A program made the translations under genes and the position numbers. Positions 14,172 through 31,468 of a stretch of 64,000 nucleotides of DNA are shown piece by piece (positions within the stretch are counted from its first letter, which is position 1; the number at the start of each line of letters is the position of its first letter). The stretch lies in the NCBI RefSeq assembly GCF_009914755.1, contig NC_060926.1; one strand, 5' to 3'. The stretch comes from the human T2T-CHM13v2.0 reference genome, Homo sapiens. The notes under the pieces were generated by a model. The model had not been told where the DNA came from, searched no databases, and saw nothing but the letters and a program-made list of their open reading frames with translations.

Positions 14172-16347
14172 GTAAGAAATCAATTTCTTATTTTTAAAAA
14201 ACAGTACCCTGTGCATAATTCTTTTCCATACGTTCTCTCTTTTGGAACATTGTAAGATTCCTTTTGGGCTCTTGGCTCAGGGTTACTGACCTCTGTCAGC
14301 ATGCCTGGGCTGCCTGCCTGATTAGCAGAGCAAAGGCAGGAACCCAGGGGTGTTTCAGGCTTGGGACAGGGTTCTTCCCTGTTTCATCACATTGGACATG
14401 GAGTTTCTTAGATATTCATTATGCCATTTCATTTAGGTTGTTTTAAAAAACAACTGCTCATTAGAGCACTCTAGTACTCTAATAATTCACTGGCCCTTGA
14501 CTTTCAAGGAATAAACAATCTAAAGACAGCTATAGAATGTTAGAATTTCAGAGGAAGATACAATCTTAAGAGAACATCCAGTTATGTCTTCGTTACCTGT
14601 TAATTCATTACAACCAGAGACCATATGTGTTTTGTTTGCTTAGCACTGCTTTTAAATTTTAAATTAGTGTAACATTTAAGTGACAGGACATTTATACACG
14701 GTCTGAATTTCTGGCTTCTCTTGAAAAACTTGATTCTAGCAATATTGGGTATATAGTCCTGCTTGGCCCTTCAGCTAGAGCAGAGTAGCATCACAGGGCG
14801 TCTACACCTGGGTTTGCTGTAGGTGGCACAGCTTGCTCCTCCTGTCTCAGGGCCCATTTGCATCTCCTGCCCAGCCCTGGTAGGCATTTGACATTGTTGC
14901 CCGAGTTAATACAGTTGGATCATGCTATGTTAAATATTTAGTGGATTTAACAGTGAGAATAATGATCCTGGATACCATCTGAATATTTGCGATGCATATA
15001 TGGTAATGAAGCTAATGAAGCGCTGTGGCATGGCCATGCCTCTTTAACTCTTTGTCATCAGTGTGCTTTGTTTTAAGCCCCAGTGTTTGTCAGCCTGAGT
15101 GAGTGGATGTCTGTACAGGTGCTTGAAAGACAGGTACATGTTCCAGAGGAGAAAATGACAGACGTATAGCCAGATTAAATTTTGGAAAAGGATGAGAGGG
15201 TATGGTTCATAAGTTGAGTATAATACTGTTAATAAAATAAAGTAAAATTTTATTTCTGTCCTACTGTAGAGCAGATAGAACTGCAATGTTTTCATTTCAT
15301 AGCTGATTTCATGTATTTTTAATAATGTATCAAATTCCAACAGCAACAATTTGTATTTCCTCTGCAAAGTTGGGGATGTAGTGGAACATCTAGGTTCCTT
15401 CTCCTTTGTCTGCCTCCACCCGACCTGGACACTGAATTTAATATTTATGTGGAACTTTAAAGACATCAACTTAAAAGAAAAGTGTGCCCTTAAGGCTGGT
15501 TCTTAGAGATTGCCATTTCTGCTCCTGAGCTAGTGCGGGGCCCAGGATGATCTCTCTGTCTGTGGTTTAGGTATACCCTGGAAAGCTAGCATTTCACTCC
15601 CTCTCCTATGGGCTTGTTAGCCTTGTAACAAGTGGCTGTTCAGAAATGCCACTTGGAGTCCAGTTCTCCATTTGTTGATTTCTTGTGCAGCTTTCCGATT
15701 GTAAGATTCACTGGAAAGATCCGTCTGTTTTGTACAGTAGTGTAATGAAGTTCTGATCTCTGAACTACTGTATCATGTGATACTTAGTACCTTCATTATT
15801 AATCTATATAAAGTCTTCCCTAAACAGGCCTAGTTTAATTGGAAGATAGGTCTACTTTCCATTAAAGCCCAGCTTCATACAGAATTATTCCATTTTTAAT
15901 ATAGCAGCAGAGTATATTTTCCTCTCCTTCCATCACTATGAAAGGAAAGCACATATAGTGTTCCCAATGTAAGCATCTTATTTGAAGCTGCTTGTTCCAT
16001 TTGGGTGGAATTCAGATCCCTTAGATTGTTAACATATTGCAGGGTTTTGTTTCTCATATCAGAGTCAGCGTGATCCTGAGACTTAGAAATGGTGGAAATT
16101 ATATGTGGAATATAGTCAACCCATTGTTGTTTTTGTCAACACATTGTTCATGTTAAAAATAGTACACTAGTAAACTTACAATTTGGAATTACAAATGAAG
16201 AGATAATTTAATGTCTATGAATGTGTTAAAGTCAGATATTCAGTCATAACAATAAGTACAATGGCCTTATTCGAGTTCATTTGGGAGGGTGAATGAGCAT
16301 TTTGATGTTTGGTCAGGAAAATGTGTTAATGATTGTATTCCTAATAG

Positions 16348-16466
16348 GGCAAAAAAGACGTGGCTCAAATTTTCAACAATATTCTCAGAAGACAAATTGG
16401 TACGAGAACTCCTACTGTTGAATACATCTGCACCCAACAGAATATTTTGTTCATGTTATTGAAAGG
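16348..16466 (+). CDS. CAB39: CAB39 coding exon 4 (119 nt, phase 0/2)
   Basis: ctaatag|GGCAAA...AAAGG|gtatgt; [39 protein letters not shown](G); absent from the ORF track but in frame with its neighbours. Confidence 0.96.
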
Positions 16467-18127
16467 GTATGTACAATGTAATAAAATTTGTATTCTCAGT
16501 TGAACATAAAGGAAGGATTGCCTTGGGAAAAAAAACAGGATGCTGAATGTGGGAAGCATTTTCTCTGTAGTTAGATAATTTTTCCATAGATTTTGAACAC
16601 ATTTCCCTCCTTGAAATTCAACTTGTGAGCTAAATTGAATTTGAAAATGCCCTACAGGTGGGAATTTAAAATTAGGTGAATTCTGAGCTTTTAAATTCAC
16701 AAATCCAGCATGACTGAAGGAAAAAATAATAATTCTCTGTGGTCTTATTTCTGTTCTCTAGGATTTAAAAAAGTTGAATTTCATTGAAGTATCAGTTAAG
16801 TTATATATTGAAAGACATCTCCTTTGGACATAATACGCACGCTGTAAGGCAGTAAAAGCTGCCTCTTAAATGGAGCATGGATTCTCTACAGCTTTACTTT
16901 GTTGAGTCAGCAAAGTACATGTTTATGAAGTAGTGTCCTTTGATTTTTACCTCTCTGTGTCCACTTACTAATCCATATAATTTGGTAATTCACAGTGCAT
17001 CTTCCTGAAATTACTACTGGTCTAAGCAGGCATTAATGTTTGGGTAGTCTTGTCAGTTTAAAAAAGCCTGAAAACCGAACCATAGAACCAAATGCCCTTC
17101 TCCCTCATCCCTGAGCCTCATTGACTGGCAAGGTAACCTCCTGCTGTTTCACACCAGAGTTGTGTGCCAGCCCCGGGTATGGTGTGCAACTGTTTGTCCC
17201 AACATTGGTGGTGGTCTGTTCTATTAAGTTGGTGGGCAGGCATGTTCCTGGCATGACTGTTGGTGTGAATCAGCTTGCTCTACTCCTCCTGGCTTTATAG
17301 CTTGCCTCAGTCTGATTCACGTCTCTGCGGTTTAACACTTCCCCCAAGTTCAAGCTTGTTTAGACAAAGTGTGAGTCAGTGCCTGTGTTGCACGCCAGCG
17401 TTCTGTTTCCCTCTTTCTATTTCTAACCATCTGTGTTACTTCTTCAGATTTTGGGATACAGAACTTTTGGCATCTAATTTTGTGTTGTATCAATTCAGAG
17501 TTGTATGTAAAAACATGTAGTGAGCAGTGTGAAATTGTGGTGATCTTAGAGCAGCTTTCAGGTGCCTTTGTGTGTTTTTAAAGCCCACATTTCCTTTTCC
17601 ATAGAAACCAAGGATTATTAAAATCAATACATTAGTTAACTCTGCTGACATTTTTCACTTCAGAGTAATCAGAGGCATGATATGAATGTTGTTAAATGGC
17701 ATGTCAAGAAAGACTTTTGAGATACAATTTACAGTTTAGAGCTCTCACCTGTGCTGGCCAGAGCAGACACTTCCAGCCAGGAAGTAGCATGGAGAATGCA
17801 ACTGGTGGGCCCACCGGAAGCCCCGCCCACCTCCTTTGTTGTGAAAAATATACGTACAACTAGAGGGAATATGTAACATACCGGTTCCTACCCTAAACCC
17901 AGCTTCAACAGTTACGAATGTTCTGTCATTCTTGTTCCTCTAGTCCTTGCCCCCTTTTTCCTCTGACACATGACATCACCTCAGTATGCATCCCTAGTAC
18001 GCATTACAAAACACAGTATAACACAGTTACGTTACCATTTGCAAACCTAATGTCTAATGCCCAATCTACAGATTTCCTCAATTTTCACAAAAATGGCATT
18101 TTACAGTTCGTTTATTTAATATTACTT

Positions 18128-18482
<355 letters not shown>

Positions 18483-20423
18483 CTATAATAGTTAATATTA
18501 TGCCATCTCTTTGTTGAAGCCTGGATTGTTTGTTTTGTAGAAAAATCATATATTTTAGACTTGGCATTCCTGTTGCTTCTGTAACATGTTCCACTATCTG
18601 CTAGTGATTTAACTGGTAGATAGTTAGATCTGGCTTTTTTTTATTAGATTCGGATTCACTTTGAGGGGGGCAAAAGTTCATGGATGGTGCTGTGTGCTTC
18701 ATATTGGGTGGCACTGGTTATCCCATTTCTGGTGATGTTCGGATTGACCGGTGGATGCAGGTGTCCTCAGTCTGTAATCTGTCCATTACAAAATTCTCAT
18801 TGACCTTTCACCTCCTGGTTTTAGTTTCCATTGAGAATCATTGCCTAGATTCAGAATGGCAGTTTCCTGATTCTGTTATTTCTTCTTCATATAATTAAAT
18901 TGTTTCTATAAAGAAGAACCCTTCTTCCTTGATGACTTAGTTATCCCAAAATAGTCTCATGTTTTAGTATAATCAGGTATTTTTTTTTTAGTATAATCAG
19001 TTGATGACCTGGCCACTTCCTTAGATAAGTATTGAGTTGTTTTAAGGATCATTATAAACTCACGTTTTTGTCTTTTTAAAAATTATATTTGATATGTCTC
19101 AATCCATTCCAGTCATTACTTTCTTGTGTCCAAGTTGCCCCATCTTTGGCCCTTGGGAACTCCTTCAAGTTGCCTTCTGTGTTCTTTTGGCAAGACCCCA
19201 TCAGTCTGTGATTGCTTCCTTGCTTTCTGGCGTAGGATGACCATCTTGCTCATTTTGTACGAGTCCTGCCAGACCTGGAAACAGCTGTTTCTTGAAGGAG
19301 CGCTGTGAACTGCATTTTAAGATTTTTGTACTTTTGTTAATTAATTTAGACTGCTTCCATACAGTGTGATTATCTTCTTAGGCTGTGAGTACTTCTGTTA
19401 GATATTTATTTGCGGGGCCATGCTGCTAATACTAGCATGCATTTGAAGTCGTATTGCTAGTGTTAGACTACATTTGGAGGCGATTTTTTTTTTACTGGCA
19501 ATTTACATGTTAGTATGCTGTTCATTCTAGTGCTCACAGGTTATACAGCATAACTGTTTGCCTTGTATTTACTGGTTTATGGTTTAATCGTTTAGACAAG
19601 CTTGACAAGCCTCCATCAAAACCTGTTCAACTTGTACCAAACTGTCTTACCCTTGTCTTTCCTGCCTTCTAAAGCTCAGCAAAGATGAATTGTATGATCA
19701 GCCATTTTGTGAGCAGATATTTCCATCAAGTAAGAGCCGGTCAGCATTCTAGCTGCATGCCTCCACTGATGCCAAGGAGTGTGGTTTTATCTTGTTGAGG
19801 ATCTGTGATGTGTAAGAGGACACCACTACTAGATAACAAATGAGTACTACAGGATTTCAGAGGATAAAATGTGGTTTGGGTTAATAAGGCAAGGGTTGAT
19901 AAAAGGAATAGGACTTAAGATGGGAGTTCCTAGTAGTTTAGAATTTACACAGGCAGAAAAGAGAGAAGGCATCCTAATGGCATATGACTGGGAACAAAGG
20001 TACAGGGGCAGGAATGAACATAACATGATTGGCAGCAATAAGGAGAGAATTTGAAAGTTGTGTGGCAGGTTGGGAGGTGACATTGTGCTAGAACAGGAGA
20101 TCTAATAAGAGGAAGACTGGATAGTTAAGTCCAGAAGTTTGTCTTTATTTGATTAGCTAGAAGAAATCATTTTAAGCTCCCAAGCTGGAAATGCTGTTGA
20201 TACACTTGTGTGTTGGGTAGATTTATTATGACAGAGCTTGAACAAAGGTGCTGGCTAGGAATCATTTCCAATTGTCCAGGTATGAATTAATGTAGCAGTG
20301 GGAATGAATAAAAGGAAATGAAACTAAGATAATCAGAAAAATATTTTTAAAAGCCTTTGAAGGCTTTTAAAGCCTGACATTGAAGTTGGGAAGATTTGGA
20401 GTAAAGAAGGAAAGGTTTAGAAC

Positions 20424-20600
20424 TGGGCTGTCCAATATAGTAGCTACTAACCACATGTAATTAATTGAAATTAAATAATATTTATGATTCAACCCCACAG
20501 TCACACTAGACAAATTTCAGGTGCTCAGTAGCTATATGTGGCCAATCTCACCATAATGAACAGCACAGATACAGAACATGGAAATTTCTGTTAGACCTGG
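20424..20600. mobile_element. MER3/MER33-like hAT MITE
   Basis: gctgtccaatatagtagctactaaccacatgt...cagtcacactag..aatttcaggtgctcagtagc. Confidence 0.6.
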
Positions 20601-21864
20601 TTTAGAACTGGGTAACTGAAACAAAATAATGATGCCAAATTATAGAAATGAGGAAGCAGGGGGGTGGGGGTGATTTTATGGAGGGGGATGAGATTTGATT
20701 TGAGACACGTTGAGTTTATGGTAGCCCTTTAACGGAAGTTGTCCAGAGGCAACAGAAAATGCCTAACTAATTCAGGAGTAGACATGGAGGTGGGGTTAGT
20801 AGTCATGGTGGGAGCCATGAGATTGTATGGGCTTTCATTAGCAGGCTGTAGGCAACAGGTGAAGACCTCAGCCAGGCAAGAAATGGGAACAGTCAGAGAG
20901 ATAGAAAGGAGAACATGAAAGGTTTTATTTTGGTTTTTTACAGCACTGTCAGGACACTTGAGTAGAAGACTCTATTTAGCCAAGAGGGAATCTTTGCTGG
21001 CCCGTTATTTCACTAGTGTGTTGGGAAATGGAATATGACTAGAGGAGAATGTGAGGTGGAAAGAAAGCCAGTGCATGCAGCTTGAGAGGAAGTAGAAGAG
21101 AGCGATGTGTTTGAGGGGGCGGAAGAGTCCAGTCAGAGGGCTTGTGCACATCTGAAGGGGAAATGCCTCTTGCTTGGCTGAGAGGTGTCTCTCTAATGGC
21201 GGGGAAGGAAGAAGCCAGAGACATGGAGATGAGCATAGGGAAGGCTGTGTGCAGAGAGCTGATGAGGGGGGTCTGCCTGCTCTGTGGCCCCTGGGCTCTC
21301 TGATGGGGACACTTTGTGAAGTCCTCAGGAGGAGGCTTATCAGCTTGGTAGTGTTTACATGTGGCTGAGAGTCTCCAAGTACTATCTTGAGTATTGAATT
21401 GAAACAACAAGGTATAAATTCTATATGTTTGTAGACCTATTTAGATATTCTGAATTTGGGGAAATATTTTGTTTTCTGTTTTTTGATTTAGCTTTTGGTT
21501 TTTCTGAGTGTCAAGAGCACCATCTGTAAAAGCTAACCCCTGTATGGAGTGGTATGACCCGAAATACTTCTCTTGAAATCTTTCAGCTTAAATAATGAAC
21601 CTTTAGTCACACAGTCACTCGTATGGCTATTTTTCTTTGGTTTAAGGCGGTCATCACCAACCAGTGTGTGTTTGCACTCTGGAGTCAGTTTACCTGAGCA
21701 CATGCTCTGCTCCGACTGAAATACCTTCTGTAATCTGCGATGGTCATTTAGTTAGGATACATGTCTGAAAACTGTCTTTGGCCTGAAAGTTTGAACTGTT
21801 CAGTGTTGGAGTTTTGAAAAAGCAATCATGTTTGGTTTGTTTGTTTGGTTTTTTGTTTTTGCAG

Positions 21865-22033
21865 GTATGAATCTCCAGAAATAGCTCTAAATTGTGGAAT
21901 AATGTTAAGAGAATGCATCAGACATGAACCACTTGCAAAAATCATTTTGTGGTCGGAACAGTTTTATGATTTCTTCAGATATGTCGAAATGTCAACATTT
22001 GACATAGCTTCAGATGCATTTGCCACATTCAAG
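21865..22033 (+). CDS. CAB39: CAB39 coding exon 5 (169 nt, phase 2/0)
   Basis: tttttgcag|GTATGAA...TTCAAG|gtaaca; [25 protein letters not shown]...DAFATFK. Confidence 0.97.
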
Positions 22034-22124
22034 GTAACAAAAACTGTAGAATTCTAAATATCCTTGAAAGTCAGAGGTGTGCTGTTTTTCTAAACCTTCA
22101 TTGCCCTCCTAAATCTACACGTGG

Positions 22125-22138
22125 CTGCCCTCTAGTGG
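22125..22138 (-). promoter_or_regulatory. Candidate CTCF binding site
   Basis: Minus strand reads CCACTAGAGGGCAG, a full match to the core consensus CCASYAGRKGGCRS; binding itself is inferred. Confidence 0.65.
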
Positions 22139-22844
22139 GAAGAGAAAGATACATTTTGTATATGTTTGTGTGATAGAGGTATATGCAGTAAAGTCACAGC
22201 TTTAAAAGGGTGGAAAAGTTAGATTCTAAAGTCTATCTAAAAGACAAAAGTCCTGTGTGGTCAAAATTCTACTTTGCTGTTAAATTATAATTAAGTATGG
22301 TATACTGTACAGCATATGTAACAACCAGGTTTTCTCCTGTGTTGAAACATTGTGTAGCAGTTTCTTTGGTTAAGCACCAGATGAAGTAGTTGGCTTCTGT
22401 TCAGGTTTATGTTAATTTGGAATATACACTTCATGAAATATTAGGACCACATTCAGGACAGAGATACTCACATTGTGGACAGGCCCGAGGAAACAGTGGA
22501 TTCACCTCTCCCATCTCTGCTCACACTGGATCATGTCGATTAAATGTAGAGCGTGGACAGAATCACCCACACTATTCAAATCATAATGTATCTTCCCCGC
22601 TCCCCCATCTACCTTTCCTCCCTTGGTGTATATTTGTATAAATTAAATACATACATGATGTGACAGCACTGTACAACGTGCAGATTCTTGTTTTGAGTTA
22701 CAAGGTTCTATGCTGTTTACAATCTATGAATAAAGCAGGAGTCTTTTACAATGAGAGCAAGCGTTTGTAGGTTACATTCCCTTATATAAATTGCCTAACC
22801 TTATGAATAAATATTTAGAACTGTTTTAATATAAACCAATACTT

Positions 22845-23140
22845 GCCAGGCGCAGTGGCTCGTGCCTGTAATCCCAGCACTTTAAGAGGCTGAGGCGGGC
22901 GGATGACCTGAGGTCGGGAGTTCGAGACCAGCCTCACCAACATGGAGAAACCCCGTCTCTACTAAAAATATAAAATCAGCCGGGCGTAGTGGCGCATGCC
23001 TGTAATCACAGCTACTCGGGAGGCTGAGGCAGGAGAATCGCTTGAACCCAGGAGACGGAGGTTGTGGTAACCCGAGAATCACACCATTGCACTCCAGCCT
23101 GGGCAACAAAAGCGAAACTCCATCTCAAAAAAAAAAAAAA
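22845..23140 (+). mobile_element. AluSp/Sq-like
   Basis: accaacatggagaaacccc; polyA. Confidence 0.9.
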
Positions 23141-24591
23141 TGTATACACGCACACACACACACAGCCCAAAGAAAATACATATATACACACCAGTATTTA
23201 GCATACTGATATGCAGACGACCATGCTCAGAAACCATGAACACTATCACAGTGAGAAGTGGCCACCTTTCTTCTGAGGGTTCATTTTCATGATTATGAAA
23301 AGCCCCTGAAATAATGAGCACACACTTTGGTCTCTGGGTGAAATATGTCCCACCTCAGAGTGAATGAATGCCCTAAAGATAGGATGAAACCTGGGGACCT
23401 GATCATTAGGGTTTTACCTTGAATGAGAATCAGGTCATAAGGCCCCCAGGGATTTATTGAATGAGAATCAGGTCATAGTATGAGAGCTCCCCAGGAATTT
23501 ATTTCCCAAAACTCTTAAAGAGGGAGTTGAAAGCCTCAGGTGAGGACCCAGATATTTGTATGTAGGTGTACAAAGCAAAACAAAATGAATTTGAGATTAT
23601 AACATAGAGTGATCAATATGATGTCTTAGGTGTCACCACAGTTGGTGGGCTAGGACTCATGCTTATAATGCATCGGTGGAAGGGTATGTCCCATTCAGAA
23701 GTAGCAGACCTGCCATGAAGGGCGGTGTAGCAGCACCATGTGTCAAAGAGAGATTCCCCTGTGTGGAAGGACAGCCAGGAGCCTGAGGGTGGCAGTACTC
23801 TGGCCACATGAGGGTGAAGGAAGAGGATTGAGCAGCAGTGGTGTGGGAGAATGCAGCAAGACCCCTGACCCCGTCAGGATGTGGTTGACATGCTTCTGGC
23901 ACAGATGGCAAAGGTGGCTCAGAGGTGAGAGAGATGTACTGACTATGTGCTGGAAATGGGATTTGCAGTGAGTCTCGTCTGGCCTGGCTGATAATTTCAT
24001 TTCAGTTAGGGTTACTTCTTTTGATAATTCTCACCAAGGAGAAAATGGCAGTGATGGATCGCTATGGGTAAAGCAGCCCTATCAGGTCATGGTGGCCAGA
24101 GAGGGAGACTGGGCAGCCAGGCAGGTCACCCCTACTTGATAAAGAGGAAGCTTCATAAAACAAGGTAGTGTCCTAAGGGTGAGCTCTGGAAGAGAGAGCA
24201 CTGGGGAGCTGGCCTGGACTGTGCATCTCAGGTGCTCCTTATTGCATGGAAAGGAAGGAGCTGAGAGGAGAGGCCCCCCAAAAGAGGGTTCTCCAAGAAA
24301 CAAAATTAAGCAGAGTCTACAGCCAAGACAACATGTGAAAGAGAGGACAGACCTCCCATCATAATCTCAGGGTAGCTAAACTAGCAGACAGGTGGAAGTC
24401 ACCTTCCTACTCCTCCCTGAAAGAAACTCCAGTCAGGGAAGAAAGGAAGACCAGCAGGAACAGCCTTACAGCTGCACACCAGAGGCGCTGACAAGGAGGG
24501 ACACGTTGCTGCTCCTCTCCTGTCTTGCTGCTAGTCTCCTGTTTGCAGAGCATATTCTTATAATGGAAAAGAAGAATAGATCTATGGTTCA

Positions 24592-25059
<468 letters not shown>

Positions 25060-25243
25060 TCAGATAGTAAACCAGATGGCCAAATATTTGTAAATTTTTT
25101 TTTCTTTTTTGAGGAATTAAGGAGATGGAGAGGGGCATTAGAAAGCCAAAAATGTTTCCAATGTTCTAGAATAAAAGAAGGTAGCCTCACCAGACTGTGC
25201 CTGTGTAAGGTTCTAGAAAGTATGTCTAACGAGATGGTTTCTG

Positions 25244-28556
<3,313 letters not shown>

Positions 28557-31183
28557 ATGGCTTCTGAGCAGTTTGGAAACTGTACCCACAGCCATCATGG
28601 ATTCACTAAGAGGAAGTTCAGTCATATTGATCTCATAGGTACTGGTGGATTGGGGGAGTAAAAGGGCATGGCTGCCTAGGTTCACACCAGCTCTGCTGCT
28701 GATCTCACCTCCAATCTCTTCATCTGTTCAGATTCAGGTAATAACATGACCATATCAGTTGTTGTGCCTTCACACAGTGTCTATGCAGTAAACATTAGCT
28801 GTTAGAATTACTCCTTCATCACAACAAGGATATGCTAGATGTTGTATAATTCTACAAATCTGTTTTCATGGAAACAGTAAAACTGAGCTAGATGGAGTTT
28901 CAGTATAGTAATTCACAACCAGTTGTATGTTATATCCATATGCTATTGGCACGTAAATTGCCGTCACCCTGCAGAGAAACTTCTAGCGAATTTCCACGGG
29001 GCTTTCCCCACCCAGCTGAACGTTTTTATTAGTGACTGAAATAAAAGGTGACAAGGCATACTTATCAAATGTGTAGATGTTAGCCAGGAAGGGAAGGACA
29101 GCAGATAACAGAGGATCCTAAAACTTAGAAAGGTCAGAGAGACCAGAATATAGCAGGATGAAGTTAAATACAGATAACTGAGGTCTTCCACTTGAGGACC
29201 CAGCTGTATAAAATATGGGATGGAGGAATAACACAATAATAATAAATACAAAATGAGATACTAAGTATAATAATTACTAGGATGTAGATAATTTCATATC
29301 ATACTCAACCCTAGGAAGGCAGTGTTGTTATTACTGACTTTACAGATGAGGAAAGTGAAGCCTAGAGATTTTGATTGAAATCAGACAATAAATGGGGAAG
29401 TCAGACTGCGGACCCAGGCAGGCAGGCTACCAGAGCCCACTTTGAGTAAACAATTTTGAATACCCCCAATACAATTAAGCAGTATGATAATGTGTTCCCC
29501 AGAGCTCCATGTGACCACGTAGTATGTAACCTAAGGAGCTAACTGATAGTCTCACTCCACTATGAGCTTATCAGGTAACAACACATAAATGTGTTCCGTT
29601 CCAGGCGCTACACTTTAAGAGGCACATAGACAAATAGATGACTTTCAGAAGACAGTAGATGGTGAGGGGGACTCAGAACCCTGTCATTCGAGGAGTGGTT
29701 AAAGGAACTGGAAGTATTTAGCCTGGAGAAGAGAAGCCTCGGTAGGGACCTGCCATGAGAGCACTACTTGTATTTGAAGTGGGGTCCCATAGAAAATGGA
29801 CAAAACATGGATCTGTCAGCTCTGATGGTTCCTGGGATAGTATTTGGGGATAGGTCTGACCCTAGCACAGGGAGAACTTTCTCACTGTAAGAACTCCAGA
29901 GGTGAACCACACAACTGGAAAAATTGAGTTTCTTGTCCTTAGACATAATCAAACATCAAGTAGGAAATGGGGCCAAATGGTTTGCCAAGATGAATGTGAA
30001 AATAAGCCCCCTGGGTTAGCAGGATTTCTTCAGGGATCCCAGGGCTGTCTTAGTCACATGATGTTTCAGCCCAAACTCAAGCTTTTAGGAAGCTTTTAAA
30101 TTCAGCCTACCCTAAAAGTTGGCTGCTTAGTCTGCTGGACTTGGGAAATGATCCCTAGTCTTTCTTCCATTATATGAGGGCCTGGCATAGACTGGAATTC
30201 AGATAGATGGAAGATGAGGAATCCTTTTATTCTCCCCTCTGCTGACTGACCTAGCAACTCTGCTGGTCTGGGGTCACATGCACCCTAAACTTTGCAGGTC
30301 TGCATGCCCTTTGCCCATTATGTTCTATTCTGTTGGTCTACACACACCCCCCTCCCACCCACACTCACCCCAGTTTGAGCTGTCCGAAGTTTTTGGCTGC
30401 AGTCACTAGGCTAAGGTTCCTTCTCATCTCTCAGTAGATAGAGGCTCTGCTGATTGTCCTCATCTCCTCCTTTTCCCAGCTTAGTATTCACCTTTTTCTC
30501 TGAGCTGGCGCTTAACAGTTGCTCTTTTCCTACTAGTGTTTTACCCCCCCAACCCCCCACCCCAGGCCTTTGAATGACCCTTTTTAACAAAGGGTTTTCA
30601 TCCTGTTACGTACTGGGTCCACCTGCTCCTTGGGCAGACTCTGAGTGCCCCTTTCAATCGCTCTTACCCCAAAGCCATTGAGATTTGATTTCTGGTTGGC
30701 AGCAGTTTCCTGAGTTTCCAGATGGTAACACATAGAATCTCCCCTACATGGGAAGATGTTAGAGGTCCCCCTTTGTGTGGCCCATCTGTGAGCCTCTGGC
30801 TGCTTTTGAGATACCTTACAGAGTGAATACTCGCTTCTCTCAAACCTTCAGTAAAAATCTGTTGTGCAACATGTTAACACCTAGAGGGCCTTTGCTTTAT
30901 AGAGTAGATACTTTGTTCCTGCCTGTTCCTAAGAATCCAACCTCAGTTGAGAGCCAGTGTCTCTCAGGACCCTCCTGCTTGGCACTCTCTTTGTGAGGTT
31001 ATGACAGAACAGTGAGCAGCAAGTTCCTTCTGCTGTACTTCCTCACACTGGCCTCCAGAACGATTTAGTCGCAAAAAGTTAGAAGCAACACTGTCTGACA
31101 GGGATCCTGACACTTGAATTCCTAAGTTAACATATTCATTTGTTATTCACCAAGATTGTCAGTGCCTGCTCTGTGCCAGGCAC

Positions 31184-31468
<285 letters not shown>

